DNA from: Eledone cirrhosa
Taxonomy: Eukaryota
Assembly: GCA_964016885.1 (NCBI GenBank)
Contig: OZ024743.1
Location: 77,376,001 to 77,440,000, forward strand
Length of the DNA stretch: 64,000 bases
Direction of reading: 5' to 3'
Notes under the pieces: model-generated
Database searches by the model: none
What the model was told of the DNA's origin: nothing
The model's input: the letters and a program-made list of their open reading frames with translations, nothing else
Translations under genes and position numbers: made by a program
Shown here: in pieces, positions 41,861 to 54,063 of the stretch
Position numbering within the stretch: position 1 is the stretch's first letter
Layout: each line of letters begins with the position of its first letter

Positions 41861-42600
41861 TTCTTCTTCGCCCACTTATTCCTGAGAGGGTTGTTGGAGT
41901 AGAGGCCTGAAAGATCCCTCTAGCAGGTCCTGTCACAAGCAATCGTTTCCAATTGATCTGGCTGGATCCCCAAGCGAGACCAGCCAAGCTCATGGATGTT
42001 ATCCAACCATCTTGCACGGGGTCTACCCCTGGGTCTCTTAACAGTTGGTTTTGTCCATAAAATCTGTCCAGCGATTCTTTCCTGAGATATTCTAACCACA
42101 TACCCATAATATCGGAGTTGTGATCTCTCAATTCGGAGAAGTAGCGGCTCTACCTGGAGTGACTCTCTGATCTCCGAGCTACGCACTCTATCGATTAACT
42201 TTACTCCAAAAACCCTTCGGAGGAACCCTATTTTGGCCGCTTGTATTCGTGATTGTATTCTTTCAGTCATTAACCAAGATTCATGACCATAGGTAACGGT
42301 TGACATGAAAACCGAATTGAAGACAGGGAGTTTGGCTTTTACACCTAACCCCCCCCCCCCTTTTTTTTTTATTACTGAATGCTGAAACTGTTGCATTACT
42401 GAACCAGCTCATGCAATTCTTACACTTAATTCAGCCTCCTGCCTTCCATCACCTGTGAACAGTTCTTGAACTTCTCGACCAGCTTCAGTGGAACTCCATT
42501 CACTTGTAGAGTGCACTCTGCTGGTTTCCTTCAGAGGACTAGTGTCTCAGCTTTTGCAACACTGATTTTCATTCCAGCCATGCAGCACTTGGCATCAAAC
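41861..42600 (-). mobile_element. Expander/Rex3-like RTE 3' fragment
   Basis: ORF 41920-42396: YGHESWLMTERI..GFLRRV..LQVEPLLLRIERSQLR..RPRGRPRARW; GAAGAAG tail. Confidence 0.85.
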
Positions 42601-42671
42601 ACATTTAGCTTAAATATTCTCACTGGCAATTTCTCTTCAGGTAACTTTGTGTGTATGTATTTTATATATAA

Positions 42672-42955
42672 CTAGGGTGACATCGTCTTCTCCCGCTTTC
42701 TGACACACATACATGCTCACACTCTTTTTCTCTCTCTCTCTAAACAAATGATGTTTGGTGCCCCCCCCCCCCCTCTATATATATATATATATATAGATTA
42801 GGGTGACATCATAACTCTCTGTCTACCTCTTTCTGTCACCTCGAAAACATTGCAATCCCTTTTTTCTATTTAAGTACATAGCTCCCCCTTTCAATAAGGT
42901 TAGAGTGATGGTGGGACAGGTGAACGGACAGACAGCGGTCTTATTATAATATAGA
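42672..42955 (-). mobile_element. Probable non-autonomous Helitron
   Basis: Minus strand A|TCTATATTATAATAAGACCG..CTGTCTGTCC 5' end and CTAG|T 3' end; subterminal hairpin not clear. Confidence 0.5.
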
Positions 42956-42984
42956 TTATTATAACTATAACATATATAAATACA

Positions 42985-42992
42985 TATATATA

Positions 42993-43034
<42 letters not shown>

Positions 43035-43263
43035 GTGTGTGTGTATGTGTGTGTGTATGTATGTGTGTATGTATATATGTATATATGTGTGTGAATGTGT
43101 GTGTGTGTATATGTGTGTATTTATGTGTGTGTGTATATATGTGAGTGTCTGTATGTGTGTGTATGTATGTGTACATATATCTGTATACATGTGTGTGTAT
43201 ATATATGTGTATGTATGTGTGTGTATATATATGTGTGTATGTATGTGTGTGTATATATGTATG
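42985..43263. repeat. (TA)n/(TG)n microsatellite
   Basis: Direct reading of the sequence. Confidence 0.95.
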
Positions 43264-43349
43264 TAAAAGGTAAACAGAGATAACAACACAATCACTACAG
43301 TATATGGAAGGTATATATTAGGTTAACGCTTGATATAGCAGGAAGAGGG

Positions 43350-43385
43350 TCTTAACGTTTCGGACGCTAGTCCTTCATCAGAAGA
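43350..43385 (-). ncRNA. Candidate minimal (Penelope-type) hammerhead ribozyme
   Basis: Minus strand TCTT-CTGATGA-A-GGAC tagc GTCC-GAAACGTT-AAGA. Confidence 0.65.
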
Positions 43386-43515
43386 AAGAATGAGAAATAA
43401 AATAGATTGATGGGACGGGTGGGATGGAATTGGAAAAAATGTCTTTAGATAAAAATAACAGGTTCATTCATGTTGACATCTCTTACATAACGCCAGCACC
43501 AACAGTTTTGCATGT

Positions 43516-44012
43516 GTATATATATATAAAAAGTTGTATTCCTCTGTCTGTTTGTTCATGAACTACTCCTATGGTTTTGGAGATAGACCCCCATAACCAT
43601 ATATATTCTGAAACTACATTGCCCAGGGTACTTGGATAAGTATATTTCATTTTAATCAAAGGGTTCCCCAGGGGCACAAACCCCTGTTAAAAAATTTTTT
43701 CCCTTCGATTTATATGAAATTTAAACCATAGGTAAATGACAAGATATGATATGATGCCTATTCACAAAAGTTTTGAATTGATATTTTGAAAAAAATTATT
43801 TACAAGAAACAAAATAAGAATAAGATTTAATAATGTAATTTTGATTTGATATATTACAAAAAATGTTTTCCAATTTTTCATGCATTACATTTTACATTTA
43901 GTAATATTGAAATGCAGAGTTTTTGTCCATAAATTATATCACTGATTTAAAATCAATCATTTTCTTAGAAAAAAATGTGTGAAATGCAGCAAGGCACGGG
44001 TAATTCAGCTAG
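43516..44012 (+). mobile_element. Probable non-autonomous Helitron
   Basis: TATATAAAAAG..TCTGTCTGTTTG 5' part and GCACGGGTAATTCAGCTAG|T 3' end, paralleling 31351-31682. Confidence 0.6.
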
Positions 44013-44036
44013 TATGTATATATATATAAATATATG

Positions 44037-44841
44037 TATCATCATCATCGTTTAACGTCTCTTCCACGCTAGCATGGGTTAGACGGGAATTGTTCCACTT
44101 GCATATCTGGCAGGTTTTCTACAGCTGGATGCCCTTCCTAACACCAACCACATTTACAGTGTGGACTGGGAGCTTTTTACCGTGTCACCTACACGACAAT
44201 ATTAGTGTGGATTGTGTGTTTTTTTGTCATGACACCTACACGACCTCATTAGTTTGGACTGGATGTTGTGGTACCAACATAACTCTATAGAGAAAGTGTA
44301 GTGTTGGTGGGAGTGGAAGGATGGAGTAGGGGTAGTGAGTTGGGATGTATGTTTGGTTTGGAGGGGCCTACTGACTGTAGGTTAACTTTGCACGAAGGGA
44401 AGGCGGGTCTTCTGTATTACTGCATGGTGCCAAAGATCTCGATCCAGAGGTGTAAGTGTGCCAGGTCGGAATTTATCATGTCGTCCCAGGTTTTTCTGGG
44501 TCTACCTACTCCATAACTTCCATCAAATTTGATCGCCCTGTACTTTTTTATACAGCTGTCTTTCATGTGCATCACGTGACCATACCAATGTAATCTTCTC
44601 TCAAGTAAACAGCATCTGATCCTTCTTATTCCTAATTTCTCACTTAGTTCGTTTGTTTTGCCATTCATGTATCTTACTATTACATATCCAACGGAGCATG
44701 CATGCTTCATTCCTTTCCAGTCTGCGCAGGTCCTCTGCACACAATGCCCATGTCTCACTGCCATGTAACATTGCTGTTCGTATACAAGCATCATACAATC
44801 TGCCTTTCATATTTTAGAGAGTAACCTTTGTGGCCAACAGC

Positions 44842-44843
<2 letters not shown>
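44037..44843 (-). mobile_element. 5'-truncated decayed RTE (subfamily A-like)
   Basis: [19 protein letters not shown]; 3' UTR and (GAT)n tail. Confidence 0.88.
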
Positions 44844-44879
<36 letters not shown>

Positions 44880-44882
<3 letters not shown>

Positions 44883-45431
44883 TCTAGAATAAGGACGGGT
44901 TGGAAGAAGTTTAGGGAGCTGCTGCTTCCTCTGTTGACAAAGAAGGGTTTCTCCCTGCATACAAAAGGACGGTTATATGATGCCTGTATGAGATGCGCGA
45001 TGTTGCATGGTAGTGAGACATGGGCAGCAACTGCAGAAGATATGCGATGGCTGGAGAGAAATGAAGCAAGTATGCTCCGTTGGATGTGCAATGTCAATGT
45101 GCGTGAATGACCAAGCATAGACGAGTTGAGAAAGAATCTGGGTATAAGAGGGATAAGTTGTGCTGTGCAGGAGAGAAGGCTGAGATGGTATGGACATGGG
45201 ATGCGCATGGAGGATGACCGCTTGGTAAAGAAGTGCCAAGAAATCCCAGTAGAAGGAAGACGTAGTAGAGGTAAACCACGAAAAACATGGGCGGAGGTGG
45301 TGAGAGCAGACATCAGATTGCTGAAACTGACCGAGATGACGAAGGGCCGTGACAAGTGGAGAGATGCTGTGCTGAATAGGACCCGTTCAACCCTTGCAAG
45401 CAAGGAAAAGCGGATGTAAAATGATGATGAT
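44880..45431 (+). mobile_element. 5'-truncated RTE (subfamily C)
   Basis: [28 protein letters not shown]; very short UTR then GATGAT. Confidence 0.88.
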
Positions 45432-45628
45432 ATATATATATATATATACATACACACGCATATGTGTGTGTGTGCGTGTGTGTGTATGCGTGTGTATATA
45501 TACATGTATGTGTGTGTGTGTATGTATGTGTGTATATGTATGTGTGTGTGTATATATACCCACTCTCCCACCCCAAGTATTGAGTACTCTGGTGCGTTAT
45601 GGACCACCTGGTATCTTACCACACCCTC

Positions 45629-45670
<42 letters not shown>

Positions 45671-45685
45671 GGTTGTGTGTGTGTG

Positions 45686-46145
45686 TCATCATCATCATCA
45701 TCATCACTGTTTTACGTCCATTCTTCCTCGCTAGCATGAGTTAAACGGGTTGTCCTGTTGCCGGCAGTGTCCAGTCGGCTGACCTTGTCTTGCTCATACT
45801 GGAACTGATTCTGGCATGATTTCTACTGCTGGGTGCTTTTTTTCCGTGGCGCCTACACGTCCACTTTACAGTGTGGGCTGCCGTGGCACTTCCACGACCA
45901 TTTTGCAGTGGGGTGTGGGGGCATATTGTGTGTGTGTGTATATATATATATCATCATCGTTTAACGTCCATCTTCCACACTAGCATGAGTTAGACGGGTA
46001 GCGTGTCTCACTTGTATAGAACTGTATCTGGCAGGTTATCTACAGCTGGATACCCTTCCTAACACCAACCACACTTACAGTGTGGACTGAGAGCCTTTTT
46101 ACCATGTCTCTTACACGACCACTTAACAGTGTGGACTGGATACTC
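45686..46145 (-). mobile_element. Two adjacent RTE 3'-UTR fragments
   Basis: (CAT)n tails at 45686 and 45950 followed by the RTE terminal stem and UTR repeats. Confidence 0.78.
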
Positions 46146-46200
46146 TGTGATATATATATATATGGATTGGACACTACCGTAAACTCTTGGTAGATTTATC

Positions 46201-46254
<54 letters not shown>

Positions 46255-46966
46255 AATCATCATCATCATACGTCTGCTTTTCCCTGCTTGTTATATATAT
46301 TGTTTTTGAAAAGAAGCTTTTTACCTTGGAATTTTATGATGAAATATACTGGGTACAAAAACATTTTGTTTTGATTTATTTCTTATCACTTATTACATAT
46401 CTCACAATGCTACATGTTAATATAGGGCAATACTCCTAACATATGTGTTTATTAAATATAAAGAAATCATTATATATCATAATCCATATTTAACCTCTTC
46501 CTTCCTTGCTAGCAGACCAAGTTGGTACTCAAAGTAGAGATATTAACCCCATAATGGGCCAGGAGCCTGCATCTTGGTTACATATGTTCCTGCACTCTAC
46601 CGAGTGCTTAAACTGGCTGGGAGTCTACAACGTGCTTACATATTATCCTGTGCACTACTGAATGTATTTTATCATGGCACCAATACTAGGGAGGTTGTCG
46701 TCTTTGATACAACTGAAGAGTCCTCCCAACCTTTTGGCAGGTTTTCTATGGCTGGATAGCCTTCCTATCAACAGTAACTTTAAAGAGTGTACTGAATGTA
46801 TTTGTGTATATTACCAACTCTGGAGACGTCATGCCCCTAATGCAACTAAACAGTCCTCTTGATCTTTTTGGCATGGTTTCTACTTCATGTTGCCCTTCCT
46901 ATCACCAACCAATTTATAGGGTGTACTGGGTGTATTTTCTGTGGCACAGGCATTAGAAATGTCAGT

Positions 46967-49258
46967 CATCATTATCACCGTTTTACGTCCGTTCTTCCAC
47001 GCTAGCATGGGTTAGACGGGTTGTCCTGTTGTGGGCAGTGTCTGGTCGGCTGACCATGCCTTGCTCATACAGGAACTGATCTGGCTTGATTTCTACAGCT
47101 GGATGCCCTTCCTAACACCAACCTCATTTACAGTGAGTGCTGGGTGCTTTTTCGTGGCGCCTACACGTCCACTTTACAGTGTGGGCTGGGTGCTTTTTTG
47201 CCGTGGCACCTCCACGACCACCTTGCGGTGGGGGCATATTGTCTATATGCTTCAGCTTGTACCCATGGGAGGTCGGGTACTCTGTATTACTGCGTGACGC
47301 CAGAAGTCACGGTCGTGTGTCATTGACTTTGAGAGGTGTAGTTGGGTAAGGTCGGCTTTTATCACCTCATCCCAAGTCATCTTGGGTCTCCCCACTCCGC
47401 GGTTTCCATCAACTTCTAGTGCTCTGCACCTTTTTATGCAGCTGTCATCCTTCATACGCATCACATGTCCATACCAGCGTAACCGCCTCTCCTGCACGCA
47501 GCATTTGATTCCTCTTATGCTCAGTCTCTCTCTCAATTCCTTTATGCTTTGTCGTTCACGTATATTACTGTTACACATCCATCGGAGCATGCAGGCTTCG
47601 TTTCTCTCTAATCTACGTAAGTCTTCCACCTTCAGCGCCCAGGTCTCACTACCATGCAACATCGCTGTTCGGATACACGCATCATACAGTCTGCCTTTCA
47701 TTCTGAGGGAGAAGCCTTTTGCAGCTAGCAGTGGTAGTAGTTCCCTAAACTTCTTCCATCCCGTTCTTACCCTAGTTATTGTACTTTCTGAGCACCCACC
47801 TCCGTTGCTAATTCGGTCACCTAGGTAGCAGAAGCTGTCTACTGTTTCTACAGGGCCCTCCCAGAGATTGGTGGTACTTGTTTCCTGTGGCTGTTTGCTT
47901 GCTGTTTCAGCACAGCTGCTGCATGTGAATCCTACATTCTTAATTAAGCTTCCTGAGATCCCGCTACATCTCTTGTGTACCCATTGTTTGCATTTGGGGC
48001 AGAGAATGGAGTTCCTACCTACACCTTTCCTACATACTGAGCAAGGCCATTTCCCTGAGGGGATCTGGGTTCTGTTTTCTCGTCTACTTATAAGGACCTT
48101 AGTCTTTGTCATGTTGACTTTGAGGCCCTTTCTCTCTAGTCCCTGCTTCCAGGTTTGGAATTTATTCTCTAGTTCTACCATAGATTCAGCTATGAGTGCG
48201 AGGTCATCAGCATACAGGAGTTCCCATGGGCATCCGGTCTTAAACTCCTCCGTTATTGCCTGCAGGACTATGATGAACAGGAGAGGGCTAAGAACAGAGC
48301 CCTGGTGGACCCCAACCTGTACGCTAAATTCCTCGCTATACTCATTGCCAATCCTAACTTTGCTGACTGCTCCCCTATACATGGCTTGTACCGCTTTCAC
48401 AAGCCATTCATCTACTCCTAGTTTTCTAAGAGCCCACCAGATTACAGCACGTGGAACTCTGTCAAAGGCTTTCTCAAGGTCGACAAATGCCAAGTAGAGT
48501 GGCTTACTTTTAGCTAGGTACTTTTCCTGTAATTGCCTCACAAGGAAGAGGGCATCAGTGGTGCCTCTTCCTGGTACAAACCCAAATTGCATCTATTTTC
48601 ACCCGGTCCCTAATCAGCTGTGCTATAACTCTTTCTGTTACTTTCATGACCTGGTCCATCAACTTTATACCTCTATAGTTTCCTCTATCTAGTGCATCGC
48701 CTTTACCTTTGTAGCAGTTGACAATGATGCTACTGCACCAATCTTTTGGTATGGCCCCCTCTAGTATTACCTGGTTAACGATACGTGTGGTTATAGTGTG
48801 ACATACAGACCCAGATGCCTTCAGCATCTCGGCAGCTATACCCGATGGACCGGTTGCCTTCCCCATCTTCATATCTTTGATTGCCTTACTTACTACGCTG
48901 CTGCTGACTTGTACTGCTGGTCCCTCTATAGGGTCTACTTGGGGTAGGGTCTCTTCTTCCCATGCATTCTCCTCATTTAGTAATCTATCATAATGACTCT
49001 TCCATGCATCTTTCTTCTCAGCACTTGTGAGGGCAAGCTCACCTTTATCATTCCGGATACACTTCTCTCCAATGACATCACAACTATCTCTGACACACTG
49101 CCTCGCAATCTTGAATACCTCCTGTTTCTGGTCCTCGCGTTGTAAAACATGCTTGAATTTTCTATCCTCTGCTTCCCTCCTAGCTAAGTATACTTGTCGC
49201 CTAGCTTCCCTCTTGGTCTCTATGTAATGTACCCTGCTCCCCCCGTTCTTCCATTCTT
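46967..49258 (-). mobile_element. 5'-truncated RTE subfamily B with a 5-nt frameshift deletion
   Basis: ORFs 47252-48592 and 48555-49325 are near-identical to the 23889 ORF; ATAGACGAGATG became ATAGATG at about 48592. Confidence 0.95.
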
Positions 49259-49786
49259 CATTTAACTGAAGGGCCCTCTCTACTCCATGGACAGAGTGGT
49301 GAGTGGAAGGGGAAATCTCTGGCACTGTAGAGAGAAGTACTGTGATAATAGCTACTAGGGCTATGACTGGTGTGTTATTGATATTGAGAGGGGATGATCC
49401 TGGGTAGAGTAGGAGTGAGGGTGTGCTTTGATGTTAAGAATAGCTAATACATATGTGGTGGTTTATGTGGAGGAGGCAATGATAGTGATGATAGCTACTA
49501 GTGGCAAGTGAGGTCAGCACATGGATTGGGTCCAGTCAGGTTTAGCTACTTCAGGGTGATAGTGGTAAGTGATGGGGTACATGGTTGGGTCAGGTCAAGT
49601 GTTAGGCTGGAAGAAGGGTCTTCACCAGCACAACATATCTCCAATCTGTACAGTTCTTTGTCATCCCGCTTCTGAAGTTCAGCTGCTTGAAGTCATTCCT
49701 CAGTACCACACTCCATATTTCCTTATGTCTACCTCTTCTCCAAGTTTCATCTACAATCTATATAGATATTTCATGTTATTTTTCAG

Positions 49787-49909
49787 ACATTGTCCACAGG
49801 CTTTGGTTATCTCAATAATGGTCAAATGAATAATGTTCACCTAGAAGGAAATATTAGTCTCATTGAGAAACTTTTTGAGAGACAATATAATTATTCTTCA
49901 AATGGCCAG
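49787..49909 (+). CDS. MEIOC: MEIOC ortholog, probable 5' coding exon
   Basis: ttttcAG acceptor, open frame TLSTGF..SNGQ, GTAAGT donor; phase 0 fits the next exon; no recognisable homology on its own. Confidence 0.6.
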
Positions 49910-51159
49910 GTAAGTAAAAGAAAAAAAAAAAAATTCCAAATTTCTTTTTTAAAGTTGATCAATATTTATGCTTAATACTATTCAATCTTTTTTTTTTAAA
50001 ATTATTAATTAATAAACAAGCAAGATATTTTAATGGCATAGTTAATGTGTTTAGAATTATTATGAAGTCTTGAAATTAAACTTAATTTTCATGGTAACAA
50101 CTTTCCACATGAAAATTCTTTATTCAACAAATTTAAAATAAATTGTATGTTTGCAACAAATGTTTCTATAAAAATAAATAGTGACTCTGCACCCAAGTCT
50201 GAATTGTATATCTCAGCTGCACATTGGTTTTAGTCATTGTACTGCAGCCATAGTAGAGTACTACCTTCAGTGGTTTTATTCATTAATCATATTGAACCAA
50301 GTAATTTTATCGATCTCTATTTACTGAGCTAAGTTATGAGGCTTAAAGTGTAAACATGAACATAGGCATGGCGCGCGCACACACGCACACGCACACATAC
50401 ACACTATTGCTCAACTGAAGGCTCAAAGTACCACACAGTGAAATTAAACCCTCAACTATGTGGTTGTACAACAAACTTCTTGACCACACAGCCATGATTG
50501 TTTCTATAACAGAATAGGTACATCTCTAGGTACGGTAGACACAAAGACCTCATCTGGCTGTAAAATATTACCTCAAAAAGGATGGTTTTCATTCATGGGG
50601 CATGGTTAAGCCTATTGTGGGACTCACAAAGCAATCATACAATTTAAACAAAGAGATTTCTAAACCTCTGAATATAAAGGAAATGGTCTTAAAATGCTTA
50701 TGTCTGTTTAACATACCACTCAGTCAGCTGATGGTGTGCAATATAGGCTCTTTCAGGTCAGAAACTGGCCTGTATGGTGAAAAGCCACATCCTACATAAG
50801 GTGCCTCATATATGTCTAGCAGAACAGGTTAGATCTAGAGGAGTAAGTCTCTATAAGAAAACTTGCTTGTCTCATAGTAAGCAGTAGTTCATGTGATGAT
50901 GATCAGTTTAATTAAACAACCTCAGCCACATGAACACCAGTGGCTTTGCAGGTGATCGACTATTAATTTGACAATGGGTTGGCACAACTGTTCCATTTAG
51001 GAGTATGCAGGTTTGGCAAGCCGTATATATTCTAACCATTAGAAAAAGCGGGATGACTCAAGAAGGTATCAGTAGATTATTAACGACTGAAATGAAAGAT
51101 CTTAAATACAATCTCCTTTGAAAATATATTGACTAGTTTAATTTTTACAATGAGTATTT

Positions 51160-51450
51160 AAGTGAAGGCGCTTGGCTTAGTGGTAAGGTTGTTGGACTTA
51201 AGATCATATTGCCATTGGTTTGATTCCTGTACTGGGTTGTGTGTTGTGTTCTTGAGCAAAGCACTTCATTTCACGTTGCTCCAGTATACTCAGCTTAAAA
51301 TGGTTACCAGCAATAGCTGGGGGTTTAATCCTGTGATAGACTGGTGTCTTGTTCAGTGAGAGAGTCTTGTACTATCAGTCGCTTCACACCATGAAACCAG
51401 GGATAAGCACCGACCTGACAAGCCTCATGACTTGACACAAACTTTTATTT
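51160..51450 (+). mobile_element. tRNA-derived SINE, second family
   Basis: A box TGGCTTAGTGG, B-box-like GGTTTGATTCC, GTGTTCTTGAGCAAAGCACTT core; second copy at 63497-63760. Confidence 0.78.
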
Positions 51451-51554
51451 AAGTGGGTAATTTTTCACTATATTAATATAATAAAATATTTAATTAAATC
51501 TTTTTAGATTTAGATTCTTATATATTCTATAATTTTGACATTCTTTTATTGTAG

Positions 51555-51904
51555 ACCACACCAAATTTATCTGAGTCGTTACAGATGCCATTTTCAGGTG
51601 ATGAATGGCTGGAAAATAACAATTACCAAATTAACACTGATGTAAATGAACAATGGAGTTGTGATAGAACAAATGATCCTTTTGTTAATTCCAGTCAGTT
51701 TATGCTGTTCAATCAAGATCCATGGGAGCAAGAAAAATTTATTGATAAATTTGGCCTTAGCAGTTGCTCAAATGAACGATGTTCAACTGCCCTTGATGAT
51801 TTAGTTTCCAAGATAGTAGATGATGATCACCCTCTACTGAATGACAATGGTGACTGTGAAGATACTCACTCACAGTCCACATCAGGAGTGTTTTCTTTTG
51901 ATGG
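51555..51904 (+). CDS. MEIOC: MEIOC ortholog, coding exon
   Basis: ttattgtAG acceptor, frame TTPNLSESLQMPF..LDDLVSKIVDDD..FSFD, GG|GTATGT donor; phase 2 completes GGC with the next exon. Confidence 0.75.
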
Positions 51905-51937
51905 GTATGTCAGCCTCTTTTTATTGTTATTGCTAAT

Positions 51938-52235
51938 CATCATCATTATCAACGCCTGTCCATTTTTCCATGTTAGCATGGGTTAGACGAGTTGTCCCAT
52001 TGTGAGACAAGTTGGATCAGATGGCTGTGATTGCTGATACAGAACTGTTTTTTACTTGGTTTCTATGACTGGATGCTATTCCTAATGCCAACCACAGTTA
52101 TAGTGTGGACTGGGTGTTTTTTGACGTGTCACCTACATGACCACTTTACAGTGTGGACTGGGTGCTTTTTGTTTTGGCACCAAAACAAATGCTTTACAGT
52201 GAGGACTGGGTGCTTTTTCTTGTGACATCTACACA
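51938..52235 (-). mobile_element. RTE 3'-UTR-type fragment
   Basis: CATCATCAT tail, terminal stem, GGATGC..TTCCTAATGCCAACCAC and UTR repeats; an opposite-orientation relative lies at 52485-52766. Confidence 0.75.
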
Positions 52236-52360
52236 AACACATAATGTATTAGCGAAAAGTTTTTAATTTTATGTTACTATTTGATAATTTTCCCATTGTT
52301 TGTGTATGAAATATATTTTTACTAATTTGCACATTTGCATACATATTGCACCCATATGTA

Positions 52361-52405
<45 letters not shown>

Positions 52406-53361
52406 AAGAAGAGAGACAAGGTTTATGTATACATTCTCTATTTATAATATAATCCTATTATTAACTAAATATATAAATATAAGATACCCAGTCTGTGAAA
52501 AGCAACCAGTCCATCCTGTAAGGCAGTAGTGTGATGCCACAACAAAAGCATTCAGTCCATCCTGTAAAGTGGTAGTGTCGGAGTAATGTTAAAATGTTCC
52601 CAGTACATGCTGTAAATTGGTTGGTGTGAAGCAGAGTATCCAGCCGTAGAAACCAAGCCGAAAATGGAACATATGTACAAGACACAGTCACCTGAATAGT
52701 CTAGCCTCAGAATGTGACACCAAGCATGGAAAATAGATGTTAAATGACAGTGATGGTGATGATGATTATAAGTCTTTTTACAACTAATAGTCCTTTCTAC
52801 AACTATTTAAATTTGAAGTAGGGTTTGAACCTGTTATCAGCCTAACAAATTAAAGTAAGTAGCTATATGCTTAACTATTAGTACAATACCATGGGTGTAG
52901 CATATTTTGCTCTCTAGACCTATTTATCAAGATCCTTAATCTCACAGCCACTGTTTATATTAAAAAAATTAACATATTTGTTATAGAAAACATACTGTTG
53001 CTCTAATTATTTAGTTGATAATTTTTCTGACGAGATAATCATTTACTTACTATATCGTCATCAGTCTAAATAGTTTGTATATTCTCTGTTCAGAACTAAT
53101 AAATGAGATTCAAAGTCACCTCAGAGCTTTAGAAATCTCCTCTTTGAGGGGGAGTAATATGAGATTTGCTTTTTGTCATCTTTTCACAATTGTACAAAGT
53201 TCTTCTTCATTATAGGATTGTCTTTTTTAGTTCTATATTAACATATGCATTAATGGAGTGCTGTTCAACATGCATGATATTTTCACGTGAATCTATAATT
53301 ATATCAACCTGTAGGAGATTTTTATAAACAACCATGGCTGTCCAGACTCCTCCTAGCTTAA

Positions 53362-53525
53362 CCCTTTAGCATTTAAACTGACCATAACTAGTTGCTTATA
53401 CTGATGTTAACGTATTGTTCTCAAAATAAATAATAACAAAATCACATAGATTTGATATTATATGAGATAAAGCCTTTACTGTGAAAATACAATAGTAAAT
53501 ATAGACTAATGTAAATGCTAAAGGG
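53362..53525. mobile_element. piggyBac-type MITE
   Basis: 14-bp perfect TIR CCCTTTAGCATTTA / TAAATGCTAAAGGG; flanks TTAA and TTGA. Confidence 0.75.
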
Positions 53526-54063
53526 TTGAAGAGCATAATAATGTCTAGCACTAACTACTGTAGTTACTAGAGAGATATTGAGTGACACGGACAAATAAAC
53601 ATTTCCACTGTACCAAAGAAATGATCTATTTTGCCTATATTAACATAACTGTTGTGGCAGGATATCCACCAACTCTTTTATAAAACCACCTGACACTGCC
53701 CCTGGTTTTACGATACAAAACTATGTTTTAGTGTTTATATTTATCTTAAAAGCTTCCATCATAATTTTATGTAAGAACATTTATTTTTGAATCACCAAGT
53801 TAATAATGAAAAATATTATCTTACTAAATCCTTCCAAATTCTTGATTTCAAAATTATTTGAAAATCATAGGAAGTGTTTTTCATTATAAATATGATAATG
53901 AAAGCAACTTATAAAGATGCTTTTTTAAAATTGATTTGTACTTACTTGGATTGACTAGGATGAGAAAAAGATTTTTTTTATAATTGGAAGCTATTATAGT
54001 TGACTGCATGTCTTCTACTTTCAGATTATGTTGACTAATGTTAGCAAAATAATTTCATATATA

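Noticed and set aside
49260-49325. N-terminus of ORF 48555-49325 (MPEISPST..)
   Set aside because: Read-through from flanking DNA into a truncated RTE; not part of the element.
51160-51240. tRNA-like A/B boxes (also in other SINE heads)
   Set aside because: No cloverleaf; these are multi-copy SINE heads, not tRNA genes.
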